Below are positions 32,250-47,200 of a stretch of DNA of 64,000 nt, piece after piece. Origin of the DNA: Leucoraja ocellata (taxonomy: Eukaryota); contig JAWMAR010000006.1 in assembly GCA_036785375.1 (NCBI GenBank), positions 6,758,001 to 6,822,000 of the forward strand. Reading direction: 5' to 3'. The translations under genes and the position numbers were made by a program. The notes under the pieces were generated by a model that saw only the letters and a program-made list of their open reading frames with translations, did not search any database and was not told the DNA's origin. Numbering within the stretch: position 1 is the stretch's first letter; every line of letters begins with the position of its first letter.

Positions 32250-33610
32250 CTTGGAAAGGCGGGAGAGAGAAAATAGGGAATTATAGACCAGTTAGCCTGA
32301 CATCGGTGGTAGGGAAGATGCTGGAGTCAATTATAAAAGATGAAATAGCCGCACATTTGGATAGCAGTAACAGGATCGGTCTGAGTCAGCATGGATTTAC
32401 GAAGGGGAAATCATGCTTGACTAATCTGGAATTTTTTGAAGATGCAACTAGGAAAATGGACAAGGGAGAGCGAGCGGATGTAGTGTACATGGACTTTCAG
32501 AAAACATTTGATAAGGTCCCACATAGGAGATTAGTGGGCAAAATTAGGGCACAAGGTAGAGTGCTGACATGGATAGAAAATTGGTTGGCAGACAGGAAAC
32601 AAAGAGTAGGGATTAACGGATCCCTTTCAGAATGGCAGACTAGTGGGGTACCGCAAGGCTCGGTGATGGGAGCACAGCTATTTACAATATACATCAATGA
32701 TTAGGCAAAGTAACATTGGCAAATTTGCAGATAACACAAAGCTGGGTGGCAGTGTGAACTGTGAGAATAAAGGGTGACTTGGACAAGTTGGGGGAGTGAG
32801 CAGATGCATGGCAGATGAAGTTTAATGTGGATAAATGTGAGGTTACCCACTTTGGTCACAAAAACAGGAAGGCAGATTACTATCTAAATGGTGTCAAGTT
32901 GGGAAAAGGGGAAGTACAACGGGATCTGGGGGTCCTTGTTCATCAGTCTATGGAAGTAAGCATGCAGGTACAGCGGGCAGTGAGGAAAGCAAACGGCATG
33001 TTGGCCTCTATAACAAGAGTCATCGAGTATAGGAGCAAAGAGGTTCTTCTGCAGTTGTACAGAGCCCTAGTGAGATCACACCTGGAGTATTGTGTGCAGT
33101 TTTGGCCCCTAATTTGAGGAAGTACATTCTTGCTATTGAGGGAGTGCAGCGTAGGTTAACAAGGTTAATTCCCAGGATAGCGGGACTGTCATATGCTGAG
33201 AGAATGGAGCGGCTGGGCTTGTACACTCTGGAGTTTAGAAGGATGAGAGGGTATCTTATTGAAACATACAAGATTGTTAAGGGTTTGGACACGTTGGAGG
33301 CAGGAAACATGTTCCCCATGTTGGGGGAGCAGAACTAGGGGCCACAGTTTAAGAATAATGGGCAAGCCATTTAGAACGGAGACGAGAAACACTTTTTCTC
33401 ACAGAGAGTTGTGAGTCTGTCGAATTCTCCACCTCAGAGGGCGGTGGAGGCAGGTTCTCTGGATGCTTTCAAGAGAGGTAGATAGGGCTCTTAAAGATAT
33501 GGGGAGAAGGCAGGAACGGGGTACTGATTGGGGATGATCAGCCATGAGCAGATTGAATTGGCCACTGGCTCGAAGGGCCGAATGGCCTACTCCTGCACCT
33601 AGTGTCTATT
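32250..33610 (+). mobile_element. CR1/HER1-like LINE, RT domain to 3' end, frameshifted
   Basis: NYRPVSLTSVVGKMLE, QHGFTKGKSCLTNL, YMDFQKTFDKVPH, SGVPQGSV, FNVDKCEV, LVRSHLEYCVQFW. Confidence 0.93.
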
Positions 33611-35165
33611 GAAATCTAAAAGAAAAACAGAAAATGCTGGAAACACTCAGACGAGTTCTTTAAGGATCTGTAGAGAGATAGTCAACATCTTCGGTCACAA
33701 AACCTTTCTTCCTCAACTTGAATTGCTGTGTCTTTCTCTGCAGGTGCTACCCAACCATTTCCATCATTTTCTGTTTTTGTATAAGGCGAGAATAAGAACA
33801 TTATTTTGTAAAGGAAACTGTGAATGAAATCTGGGTGTCTTTTACTTGTACCAATATCTACAAGAGTGATTGATTCTTGCTTCTGCTTCGCAATCATTTG
33901 CAATCTAGCCAGCAAACTACTGAAACATAGGGGTGTTGGAGCAGAGTGAAGTTATACTTTCACAATTTTTATATAGACAGCCTCCACGTTGCAGGGATTG
34001 CATTCCATGAAAAACCCATATCAGTTTTCCATAATGCGAACCACATCATCTGCGTTTGCATTAATGGGAGTTGAAAAAAAAAAGGTTCTCGTTGAGAGTG
34101 AGATTTTATTCTGTAACAGTTTCTTCGTTAGTGATTTGTGAATTTTCCATTACCCAAATTACCGTAAAGTGAGTTACCCGTAGAAAAGGGTGGATTAGCA
34201 TAATTCCAAACCTATGAATTAGAAATTTGGCAGATGCAATGCAGGAGTGTCCCGAGATACTTTAGTGACTCTGAACTGGGAGCAGAAAGACCATCTATTT
34301 TCTGAAAAGTGAACACTGGGATAAAGACATGCTACATCAGCTGTACCCTTGCTGACACCCCTGCCTCCTATAAATTAATAATGGCCACATTGGCAAGTTC
34401 TTTGATAACATCAATAATCAGTACCCAAGCATTGAGAAGCAGGTTCAGGAATGAGAGGGGTGAAACCAATGCAAGAAAACTTTAATATAATTATTAGTTA
34501 AATACTTTTGGGAAAAAGTTCATGCACTGGCAAAGTTTTGAAGAAGTTAGTTACCCATAGTGCAATTGTTTAAAATTAGACTTGAATATCATTACCAATT
34601 TATTGTTAAACAATTCAAAAGAGCTGGAAGTGGGGATTGCAATTCTGTTGTTGGTGAAACAAAGATTTCCAATATCAAGCTGTAATGCTTGTAATTGATG
34701 TGTCTTTATTAAATGATACTGATGATTAAATGTTTAACAAATTTGATGCGACACAAATCATGGCATGCTACAATTATACATTAGGATTATAGAACAGAAA
34801 GGAAGTTAAGGTAGCCTCTGGACGCTTATCTTTTCTTTGCTAATAGAGGATTAGTGGACACTTTGGTTAAATTAAAATTTCTACAAAAGGTAAATTCCCC
34901 GATTTAACTACAGAATGAACAAGGTTACAGTTCTTCTTTTATGAAAAGTAACATACAAAAAATGAGAAAGGCCTAATTTCATATCTCCCTCTACAAAAAA
35001 ATCCTGTAATTTATTGTTTCAAATTCAAGGAAGCTATTTAAACAGTCAAGCCGTATCATTTTCTAAGTCTCTGAAGTGAGTCTGAGTTACAGGAACTTGA
35101 TTTCACTGTATGATCTTGGGAGCCGATACACAGAAGCTGCAAAATATGGAATTCGAACCGCAACA

Positions 35166-36201
35166 TAGCCATGTTACAATACTCACCTTCAGCGGCGCTG
35201 CAGTTCTGCCACTGGCCGTATGCACGACTTTGGCGCCTTTGAGGAGGGGGGGGGATTAAAATGCCCTTTGCCCCTGCCTGTCGGAGTCGAACTTCCTTAG
35301 GCTGTTAAGTGCTAAAGAATAATCGACCCGACTTTCGTTCTTGGAAGTTTTTTTTTTTTTTTTTTTAAATCGCGGGATAATTTAATCTCTGGAGTAAAAT
35401 AAAAAGCTACTTCTAACGTCGTCAACAGGACGGATCTCACGTAAGGGACAAAACATAAGGTAAGTCGTGTATTTTAAATATAAACTTGCTTCTTAGGATG
35501 ACTTTAATCAAAATTTCCTTGGCGATAATGTGATTTTGGCCCCATACGAGCCGGCAGTGTTTTTCCTGCCGATACGAGGTTCAAATTCAATTTCACAACA
35601 TTCCAATCGATCGCGTTCCACAAAAACCCACTCACAAGATGATTAAAATGCCCATTAATTTACGGGAATTAAACAATAAATTCCTTCCATTTGGCCTATA
35701 AATTCATGACAATGAGATTTAAAAATCATGTTATATTGTGAATCCTTGTGTGAATGTTATTTGGACACTTGGCTATTTAAAAATGTTAACCTTTTCTTAA
35801 GAAATGGATAGATGTTTAGATCTAGTAATTGAATTTTGTAATTAGCTACAATTAGGTAACTAACTAATTATATGCTTTAATTTCAGGTCATCCAAGTAAG
35901 ATTGTTTCATATTTGTTTCAGAATGCTTCAATCTATAATAACTGAAAATTTCATTCAGTTCTCTTAATTTTTAAGAAATTTATGGGCTTTTGACTGTCCT
36001 CGATCACAGCTTTTGAGTTAAGTCAATGGAAAAGCAATAGGGAACAAGATTCTAATTTCCGAGTCTGAAAATGGCCATAACCTTTTTAATACTGAAGATA
36101 TGAAAGTGAATTAGGTGTCAAATTGAACTTTTTATGCTTTATCTGGTGGGATAAATTGCAGACTTGATTTTTAAGAATCTCAAAATATTGTAACATTGCT
36201 A
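35166..36201. mobile_element. Non-autonomous DNA transposon (~1.04 kb) with 16-bp TIRs
   Basis: tagccatgttacaata (35166-35181) versus tattgtaacattgcta (36186-36201), 15/16 inverted match; no convincing TSD; no ORF. Confidence 0.7.
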
Positions 36202-36767
36202 CAAAACAAGTGGAAAGGCTGAATAATTGCAGCCATTGACGATAATGCAGTGGCAACATATTGAGACACTGAGTTACCCAAGGATTTCACTTCTGAGCAA
36301 CTTTTTTGAAAGAGAATGATTGGAATAGGAAATAATCCAGAACCAATTCCATGAACATTAGAAAGCACTTTTATTTCCGTGGTTTTAACTTTAGAAAATA
36401 AGTGTGGATTCTCTAATCTTTCAATTGAGCTGTTAAATACTTTTGGGGGAAACTGGAGACAAAAAAAATAAAATATAAGCTGAAGATAAGTTTTCCAGTT
36501 TTACCTAGATGAGTCTAATTCGTTCTTCATTTCTCAGGAAATTTCCCCTGGAATTTGAGCACAAGGTGTTGATGACTGCATCATATCCGAATCCAATAGC
36601 TTTTGTAAAAAAAAAAGAACATTCTGCATATTTGTAACAATTAAGTGAACAATGCAAAACATCAACATTACATTGAAGCAGGACTTAATCAAAGTTCTCT
36701 AAAAGCATCAATTTGTGCAGTGGCAATGTTGAAGACGCAATGATCTTGGAAATAAAATTCATTCATT

Positions 36768-37020
36768 AGTTTAGTTTAGAGGTACAGTGTGGAAACGGGC
36801 CCATTGGCCCACTGAGTCCAGCTGACCAGTGCAGTGATCCCCACACACTAACACTATCCTACACACTAGTGATAATTAACCTACAAACCTGTACATCTTT
36901 GGAGTGTAAGAGGAAACCGGAGCACCCGGAGAAAACCCACGCAGGTCACAGGAAGAACGTAAAACTCTGTACAGCCAAGCACCCATAGTCTGGAGCAAAC
37001 CCGGGTCTCTGGCACTCTAG
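36768..37020 (-). mobile_element. V-SINE/HE1-like SINE
   Basis: (tttag)n tail and conserved body shared with other copies. Confidence 0.75.
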
Positions 37021-37874
37021 TGTCGTCCCTAATTTTTTAAAATTCCATTAAGCCATTTCTCCCAAATTTTAAATTTTCTCATTTGATTATAAAAAAGGCT
37101 GAGACATGCCATAGTCCTCCCCACCGTTTAAAATAGTATAATGATCATAGAGTAATTCATTATTTTCAGACAATCTATGCAATTGGACTAGAGATAGCAA
37201 AATTACCAAGTTACAATATGGAAAATCTATCTACATGCAAAAGGACCAAAAGTTTGCTAAACTTGTAAGCAGCGATCTATAGAAAGGAAATCAAATTTGA
37301 GTTAGTGGACTACCTTTGTTCTTCAAAAAAACTGCAATTTAACAGATGGCTTCACTATGAACATCTGAGAACCTGGCATTTAATTCTTATTGAAGCACAG
37401 GTGAAACTTAGCTGGCAAAATTGAAACCCTCCCAAGGTTTTGGTTAAATTGAATTGAATGCAAATTGCAGGATACCAGAGCAAAACTCATGCCCTGTAAC
37501 GTATTAACACAACAATTGATTAATGTTTTAGAATAACCTGGACTATGAATACAGGAATGGTATAGGCTAGGGGGGTGGGGTGAGAGAATTTAGCCCATTT
37601 TTCCTGATAAATACCAAAAACATTCAAGTGTACATTATATATTCAAAAATCAAGGTTTAACTACAATGCAACTGTGACATACCACCATGGCTCATGATGG
37701 ACACCCATTTGGGCGAGTGTAAAGTATTAAGTGCCCATGTCCCAAAATGGAAGTTTGATCAGCAGAGAAAACAGTGGAAAGATCAGTGTGATGATTACGT
37801 AAGGGGCTGCATTTGCTTCCCTTCTACGATTCCTGTTGCATTATGCCCCAACAGTTCCAGATATTTAATGGAAA

Positions 37875-37960
37875 CTAGAGCAAGTGGGACCCGTTGGGTC
37901 CCTGTCACACGGGAGGCCCGTTCCCCAAACGCAACCCGTTCCCCCAACGGAATATTCAAT
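37875..37960 (-). mobile_element. Helitron-type 3' terminus fragment
   Basis: Minus strand: GC hairpin gggaccc-aac-gggtccc, 7 nt, then CTAG followed by T. Confidence 0.5.
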
Positions 37961-39991
37961 TATAATCTGCTGACTGAGGAACGGGTTGAGAGCAAATTTT
38001 AGGTCAGGTATCACTAAAAGCTATGCTGCCATTTCTGGTGGACTAGAAATAGGGAATACATATACAGGTACTTGGCCTCACTCAGGGCAGAAGTGCCAAA
38101 GTGCTGGAGAGAAGGGATGGGGTTTAGACTAAAGAGATTTTAAGACAAGGATCTGTTTAAATTTGACAAGTATCGGTCAAGTACAAGGGTTCATTGTAGG
38201 GCTATTAAAGCTATTTCATAAAAACAATTCAGAATCAATCTCAACCGTCATACTTAAATTTACATATCCTTGTGATCATTATATTCACCAAATTAAGGTG
38301 CAAAATACTAGATGTTCGCATCATGTCATTGTGTAAACATTAACCTAGGCTGATTAATTAATTTCAACTATCAGTTATATCATCTTGCATAGAATTTCCT
38401 TGGTAAAGGTTTAACCTACTTTTTGCCCCAAAGGTCCCAATTATCCAGCTTCTATAAGAACATGTGCAGCAATATTTGATGTTCAGTAAGAAAAACAACA
38501 CACCATTGCAGCTAAGCTGTGATTTGATTGCAGAACCTATTTTATAAGTGGGAACATGAATGCTCTTCTGGATGTTATCCTTCCACACTGGGCTGAAGCC
38601 ACCAATGGAATCCAACTTCAGTGTTCAATGAAAAAGGTTTCCAAATGTTTAGGGCTATTTATCAGAAAGAGGTACAAAATAAAGATGATCTGAGACAGAG
38701 GCTAGATGAAAGGTGATTAAAAAAGAGCCTGGATGTTATTTCAAAGAGTATTTATTCCAGTCTACATACTTCAGACCTGCTGTTTTTCTACTGGACTGTA
38801 CAGCAATATGCATTTTCATGAAAATTGGTCATAAAAACAGTAACTTCTTATAAAAGACATGTACAGTAATGTTCCTAATAACACAAATACAAACCACTTC
38901 TGCACAGTTGACATACAATCCAAAGTGACAACTTAAAAGTAAAATCATTTTCCACTTGTGCATTTTATTTCATTACTGGAATATAAAACACAATGTGCTA
39001 TGCTAGTTTTGGGCAGACTTCTCAAGGGCTAGACAGATGGGGGCAGAGATAATGGGAATAAACATTACTCCTGCAATTGGGAAAAAAAAGATTTAGACCA
39101 TTGAGATCAACGTATGTCCTCAGCTCATTTGTGAAGTCTCAGCAATAGAGATGAACAAATGCCTCTTCAACAAATGGGCTGCAGTTCTCCAATTTACGCT
39201 CAGCACTTAAAAGTCCAACAGAATATGATGTCATATCTTGATAACCCTTTCCTTCGACTTGAGCCTTCAGGGTAAAAATATTAAAGATATGCCTCTACTT
39301 GGCCACACTTGCACTTCAATTTTAATCTAATTTATCCAATAATGAGGCAACATTAATAACTGCCTTTTACAATCCTTTAGGTACAATATCTAAATTGATC
39401 AAACCAGAAAAATATTGTGCAACCTTACATATGAAAGCAAAACATCAGCCATTCACCGTAATCTGGGTCATAGTTCTTTGCTTCCCACATTTCCTGCTTT
39501 TTGTTCCAATTAGAATATGGTTGCCAAGACAACAAGAACTGATTTCAAGTTGCAGCCTGCTTTGGACCCTCTGAAGTAATCCAATTTTATGGAAATTACA
39601 AAACTGGATTTTGATTGGCCTCAATACATTATCTATTGCTATCCTTCAGCAGTTTAGTCTAGTCATACCTGGGTCTTTGGTGCTGTGAGGCAGCAATACT
39701 ACCGCTGCACCACTGTCCGCCTATAAATATGACACAGATACCCAAATTGCAGCCTAAAGATGATATGTGGCTCTTATCTCATCAATCCAGCATCCAAAGT
39801 ACAACATGATTGGGTGAAGATTCAGTTTGAAGAGCTTGTGTTTTTAAAAACATACTTGCCTCAATTATAGCTACATTCCAAATCTGCACACTATTTTAAC
39901 AATTTGCATTATGCACATTATGGAAAACGTGGAGTTTAATTTTATATTTGTTCCACAAAAATATACTTGAAGTAGGATTACTATATCTTAG

Positions 39992-40048
39992 ACACCTTGA
40001 ACTATATATTTACTACACCTTGAACTATATATTTACTACACCTTGAAC
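39992..40048. repeat. 23-bp tandem repeat, ~2.5 copies
   Basis: Unit acaccttgaactatatatttact. Confidence 0.9.
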
Positions 40049-40299
40049 ATTTCAATTTTTTGGAGATGAGGTACACAAAAGGTATCTTATTTCCACCTCT
40101 CTTCCACAATTCCATGTCTATTATTAACCCATTGCAGAATCTTAAGAACAGGGATTTGATATTATTTTTGGAATCATCACCACCAAATCGAGGTTATGTC
40201 ACATCTTGATTGTGAGACCTTGTTGGCGCAAACAAATTACCATATTTACTTCCAACACGAGTAAGAACGCTTGAGAATAATGGGAAATAAATTCAAACA

Positions 40300-41220
40300 C
40301 AATTATCCAATAGAATCGGGATTAGCTGGGAAAATGGGCAAGGGAATGGCCGAGAGAAATTAAACCAGTCAGATGCAGTGACATTTTCCTGTAAGTTAAA
40401 CAAGGCCAGGGCATACACATGAATGGCAGAACCATGGGGAGTGTTACTGAACAGCGAGACCTTGGATTGAGATCTTATTCCCTGAATGTGATGACATAGA
40501 TAGATAGGGCGGTGAAGAGTGCAAAAAAGATACATAGGAATGATGCCAGGACTGGAGGGCTTGGGTTATAGAGATTAGATAAGGTGGGACTGTTTTCCTA
40601 GGTGAAATCTTATTGGGGTTTATACATTTAACACGGGCATTGATAGGGTAGTTACAATCTTAATCCCCTGGAGTCTAAAACTGAATGACAAGTTTAAGCT
40701 AGGAGGGAAAAGATTTAAAGGGGAAATGCAGAGCAAGTTTTTCCACTCACGGTGATAGTGTGTATGTAGAGTGAGCTGTGAGAGAAGACAGAGGCCAGTA
40801 CATTTGAGACGTTTAGAATGGTACAAGCATAGGAAAGGCCTGCTATAAAATTGAATTTTTATATATCCACAAAACTACATTTTTATTTGTTTCTGGGATA
40901 TACAAGGTAGCAGAGAGCATGCTGACCGGTTGCATCGTGGCTTGGTTCGGCAACTTGAGCGCCCAGGAGCGGAAAAGACTACAAAAAGTTGTAAACACCG
41001 CCCAGCCCATCATAGGCTCTGACCTCCCTACCATCGAGGGGATCTATCGCAGTCGCTGCCTCAAAGAGGTTGGCAGCATCATCTAGGACCCACACCTCAA
41101 TGGTATATGGACACACTGATATGTTCTGTATTTATGCCTACTATATTCTGTTGTGCTGAAGCAAAGCAAGAATTTAATTGTCCTATCTGGGACGCATGAC
41201 AATAAACTATCTTGAATCTA
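40300..41220 (+). mobile_element. Decayed CR1 fragment (~40300-40840) and Rex1 3' fragment (~40905-41220)
   Basis: AESMLTGCIVAWFGNLSAQERKRLQKVVNTAQPIIG is the Rex1 ORF C-terminus; CR1 motifs upstream. Confidence 0.7.
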
Positions 41221-44200
41221 TCATCAAAGCATTCAATACCAATGGTAGTAAACGTCAGACTACTATCTCCTGTCAGCTGTTCGACATTCTCTAATTGTAA
41301 TATGCTTCGTAATAAATTATATAAAATCTTGGTGTTATGATGAGATTGCCACCAGACACAAATGTATAACACTTAACCACCATAGCAGGCAAAGTTGAGT
41401 GAATAGGAATTTAAGCAAAAGGCTTGCCCGTTGTACAAATCTACCTAAATCTTAGATATTGTCAATTTCCAAATAAATCTACCTTAATGATGGATATTGT
41501 TAGTTTCCCATTTAATAACCTGATCATTGCAAAATCAATGGTGCATAATCATTTAGTAAACACTAGGCCTTGCCTCAGCATTTTCAATCAAAGGGAGCAA
41601 ATAAAATCTAGATTCTGGATGAAAAGTAATTCTTAAAGCTGACAAGAGTCTCAACCAATTATACAACTTGTAAAATTTGACCTTTGGTGGATAATTGTTC
41701 AGTAGCACAACCTAAATGGTGCTGGTGACATTCAACATGGACGCATGATTAATATACAACAGAAACAATCTAAGGAACTTCCTCCATGTTAATTCCAAAT
41801 AGACTTCTGCACATTATTTATCATACGTCGCACTGATAGCAGAGCAGTTGGAATGAGGTAAACTTGTCCAGTAATTCAACATTGCAACACTTTTACAATA
41901 ATAGAAATATTAGCTTAACTGTTCCTGAAACAAACATAGCATCAGTATTAGTGTAGTTTTATCCTCTGCTGAATGCAGTTGCCCAAGGCGAATAATGACT
42001 CAATTTGTTAATATCTGGCTCAGAGACACAAAGATTTATCCAGTTCAGAAGCACTCTGTATAAAATGAGCAGTGATTAAATGCTGACAGTACATTAATGT
42101 TAAATAGTAGAACAATTTGTACTAAATTTCTTAAAAGCTGCATTAATTATGATTGAATTCCTTGCTCTGCATACTCCCAACCTCATCAGCAAAAATGTTA
42201 GCAATTTATTCAAGACCCTTGCGCATTGTCGATGGCATCCAGCTACATAACTGCACTTTTCATTACAAATGCTTTATGAAACCACGAGAAAAAGAGCCAA
42301 AGGCCAATTCTGAGCATGTAAATTAAGCTTATTAGCCACATTAAAAAAAACACAAAATAAAGGAGTTTATTAGTATGTCCCATTTCTCTTCAAAGTTAAG
42401 AAATTTCTGCAGGTTGCCTGCAAATTTATTCCAATCTTTAGATATTGAGGCACTGATTGATTGGTCAGTGAATATTCTTTATAGGTAATCTATACAGACA
42501 CTTCAAATTTACTGCAAATGACTCAAACTAAAAATGTAGGCATGAAAGCATGTGGCAGAAGTTGAAAATGCAGTATTAAGTTCAACAGGACACATAATTG
42601 TGGTGCATTAATTAGCCTGCAGAACACCATTGTTTGGTAGATCTAAGTGATGTTTATTTCGCTCTTGCAAATCTATAAAGGATAAGTGCATATTTACCCA
42701 TTAACATAGTGGACAATATACAGCAGTTTCATCCAATGTCGAGATAGGTTGGAAACGGTTGCTGTATTTTTCCATAGTTAAATCACATAACAGTTTAAAA
42801 AAAGGCTGCCGAAAAAAGGGGAAAAAAAAAGCTGAGGTATGTGGTCGTCCATGAATTCACAACTGATAGCAATGGATTGCGTAAAAACAAAGTTGGTGCT
42901 ACATTTCGACCTGTTATTTGTGATAAAACTGTCCTAATTATTTCAGATGAATGTTTGTATTATATTTCAGAATCCAACAGCCACAATATGACTAAAAGCC
43001 ACCATAATAGGTCAATTTTGAGAACAAAACAGTCCTGATGGAGAAAGTAGCATGTTAGATCATCCAAAGTTTAGGATTCTCCTTGGTGCTTAGGGGCAAA
43101 TGAATTTATCATACTAGACAAGCTTAATTGTTATTTAAGAAGTAATTGTTTGTTTTAAGACTATCGCTTTTTATTAAATAAATGAACGGAAGAAACAGCA
43201 GTGCTTTTTGTGGGAATATTTAGATGCAAATGTGTCATGGCCCAAAGCTGATCTGAGAAAATCTGAGTAAAACATCAAAATATAATGACAATAGTGCAAA
43301 TATTAGCAAGTGATGCTGCCATCATTTTGTACATAAATACACTATGCTGATATTGAAGTTCATATAAATGTGTGGAGTAAGAAGAAGAACTGAAAAATAT
43401 TTTCAAATACTATTTTTAACTGTTTAGTTTAATCCTTTTAGGCAACTCAAGATAATCATGGATACAGTTTAATTCGGCTTGAAAACCTGAAAATAAAACC
43501 CATGAACACTGTAAAAAAGCAAATCAAGAGTTCAGTCAGACGTCTTTTAAAACAGAATCAAACATAATTTAATATTGGTGAGAAAATAAATTAAGTACAA
43601 AATGTTTAATAACTTAAAACAGCCTTCGTCTGGCTTTGTAGCAAACTAAAATAAAGCAACAGTATTTAAACATTTACATCCACGAACTCAGTACACATCA
43701 AGCCCAGGCACATCAGTCTTGCCAGGAACTATACCTTGTACTGCATTAGTAAAAATAACTCCTACTAGCTGCCATGCATTATTTAACTCTGGGGGGAAAA
43801 AAAAGTGTAACATACAACTTTAAAATATATTACACCTGCCCATTCTTTTTGACTCAATCTCAAAACCTATGGCTGTTACTCAGGATAACCACACAAACAT
43901 CCAATCTGCTTTGTACCACTTTTCCAATCCTGGAACATTTCCAACTCTTGTGCTTCTTGCAGTTTCACTCTGGAATGGTTTCACTTTTTAGTAGTTGTGG
44001 TGCTAAATATTCAAGTTAGTAACATTATTAGATACAACATACTTTCATCTCTGGTAGCTAGAACTTTGACATATCATGTTTATTAGGGCACTAAATTATA
44101 TAATTATATCACCAACTGCAGAACATTGGTTCAAGGCATAACAGATCATTTATTATACCTCAACATTTTTGGAGATTTACAAATGTATTTTACCCCTCAG

Positions 44201-47200
44201 ACCTTAGGATAAGTGGAAGAAAATAAATACTCAAATGAGCGCCATGTACAGAGGCTATAAAATGCTTACAGCCAAATTGAAAACTGTTGGGCTTACATGC
44301 ATTCGAATCAGGCTACAACCTGAAAGATTCAAATCCCTATGTCATCTTTCTCATTATACATGCCAATGCATGCACTAGAACTTGTGATACTGTGCCACAC
44401 ATGAGGTATGTGTGTCACTGTTAATTTTAACAAGACTAAAGTTTGATTGAATTCTGAATTCAATCAAAACTATAGAAGTGGGCTGGGCTTTTTATTTTGT
44501 ACTTAAATGTTCAAATTACTCTATCATGTCTCTTACTAAAAAAAGTTAATTTAAACAATGTTTTGCTTCTACAAAATAAACAATTCTAAGCACAGCTACA
44601 ATCTAGAATGGAGGCATTAGTGCAACTCAATGTCTAATTTGTAAACCACATTTTCATTTTACAGAGGTCAGGCAGCTTGGCCCAAAATGCAAATTTTAGC
44701 AAAATACATTTCACCCTATGAAGTCTTGGCCATGTTTGATATCTAGTGTTTCAGCTGTAAAATCCACTCCAAATACACCCCCTTATCCAATTAGTTACAC
44801 TACACCATCTCCATTTTTTGTGTGGCAATTTTATGCATAATAGCAAATCAAAAGTAGTTGTCCAGTACTGAACATTAGACAACTTTGCCAGAAATGTCAA
44901 AGATTTGAATTGGTTATGATATGGCAATTAAATCAACTTTGCCTAACTGTAACTAAGCATGGCTGAACATCTGTGTTTATTTTTTGTAATTTAAAGGGGA
45001 AAAACATAATTAAAGCTGTTAAGGGCTACACTTTTAAAGTGCTGTTTGATACCTCTTTATACAATGAGATATAGTTGAAATTTAACTGAGGGATTATCCT
45101 AAAGACAGTTCAAAATTAACCTACAAGGAAAAAACAGATGACTTTAACAATTAATATAAACCATTTCCTCTGGTTGGAGATACAAGGATCATAAAAGCTT
45201 GGTTTTTGCAGCATTTATTTGCCTGTATCTTCTGCAGGTCATGGAGTTTGAATTTATAGTGTGCATAAATTTTACACGCAGAAATTAATAAAAGCATCAA
45301 ACAAACAGATTGCTACATTTTTGTTGATACCAGAGTATTGAATTCAAGTATGTCAAGATGACGTCAGCATTCTACACTACAAATTAATCTAGTTCCCATT
45401 AAGCACAATGCAAAAAAACAAAAACTAGTTGAGACAGCATCAAAAATATTCTGTAGATAATACTATGAATGAATATACAAATATACAAAATAAAAAAAAT
45501 GATGCAACTAAAATAAAGGAAATGCCCTGTATAGTTGTCAATCTACTTTAATATTCAAGCAACTTCACGTGTTATCTGATAGCATTAGCTGAAGGTGCAT
45601 TCTTTCCTGAAGAGGTGCTAATTAACATTTGGTCCCATTTTAACTCCCAATATATGTGTGATGAGCATGTGAAGCCTTTATTGCCTTTAGTTTGAACATA
45701 AAACATTGCCTTTCATTTTCTTTGAGATAAAGGAAGAATACAAAGATCCATTGGCATTGCCTGCATTTCAGCTATTGGAGGGTTTTAATATCCACTGGTC
45801 CTGTCTCAATTTCAGCTGCTTAATTTCAGATGGAAGATCTAACACTGATCCTTTGTAAAAAAATAACTTTCCAACATTTACAGGTCAGGCCTGATACTCC
45901 TGAATCTGTTTCCCCACGCTAAAATTCAACCACAATAAAGTATATTAAAAGCAAAAAAAAAAAAATCAGAGTGGCGAACACCTACTTTAGTTTTAAGCCA
46001 GAAAGAATTTTCATTGAGTACTTGGAATGGATATAGGATATGAATGATCCCTCTCTCCTCTCCTCCAACCCAACGATCCCACCCATTCTCAAAGTCTGAA
46101 AATAATAGTGATCGGGTTAATAAGTCAACAGAAATCCAATAAATAAAAAATCGTTACTAACTATACTCAAGATTACTTGGATATAAATACATTTACTTAA
46201 AATGTTAAATAATGAAAGTTTTCAACAGAAAGACTGGATTCTTAACAAGGTGACAATTTAAACTACTCGTGCAAAACACAAAGTAATGGCCAAATATAGC
46301 AAGAAAAATCTACCGAATAACTGGGTACAAATTAACACCATATCTCTCTTATTTATTTTTAACTAACTACTTTCCCAAAAGAGTTAGACATTATGATGTT
46401 GTCAAGCTCTTCAGCCACTTGCTTAAATAGCCATTACTCACCTATAAGTGAATAGTGGCTGATTTGTTATAAAATAAGAGCTTCATAACTACTATTTTCT
46501 AAGTAGAAATAACCACATGAAATCCAATTATCCGAAGCTATAAAACTGTCTAGACAGCCGAGTGTGTACTATCCAATTTGTAAACCAGGCTGTAATGTTT
46601 GGCTCTCACCAAATGAAATTATAATTGTACAGGTGTTTTCATTATCATTACAATCCAAGAAGTTACATCTACATCAAATTACAACCTGTCAAGCAACAGA
46701 ACTCTAAAAATGGGGGCTTTGCAGTCATATGGATACAAAGTAGAGAAATAGTAATTGTCAACTGTCGCTCTTCAAAATGTAGTGAATGGGACTATCTGAA
46801 GAATCAGCAAAATCACAAACTATGCTGAGAATGAAACCAGGAATTGCATTTTGTTTTAACAGTTTTTAAAAACAGGTCAAGTCTATTTCAGAATCATGCA
46901 TATTCTTTTGACACTGTAAACTTGCAAGAAACTACAGTTTCTCTATATTACAGGTTTCATTGTACTTTTTGACAAGGTGCAGTATGGTAGATATTTTGTG
47001 GTGATTTTAAGAGGAAACATTGAGAGAGATAATGCTGGGGCAATTGGGCAAAGAATAAGAGGGGATGGAATTAATTACAGAAATCTTATTGATGAACTTA
47101 TCCCATTCAACATGGTTGTTCAGCTGCTTTGGAAATGTAACAATTTGAAAACTATCGAGGTTTAAAAAATGTCACTATTTCTAAATTTGAAGGAATTAAA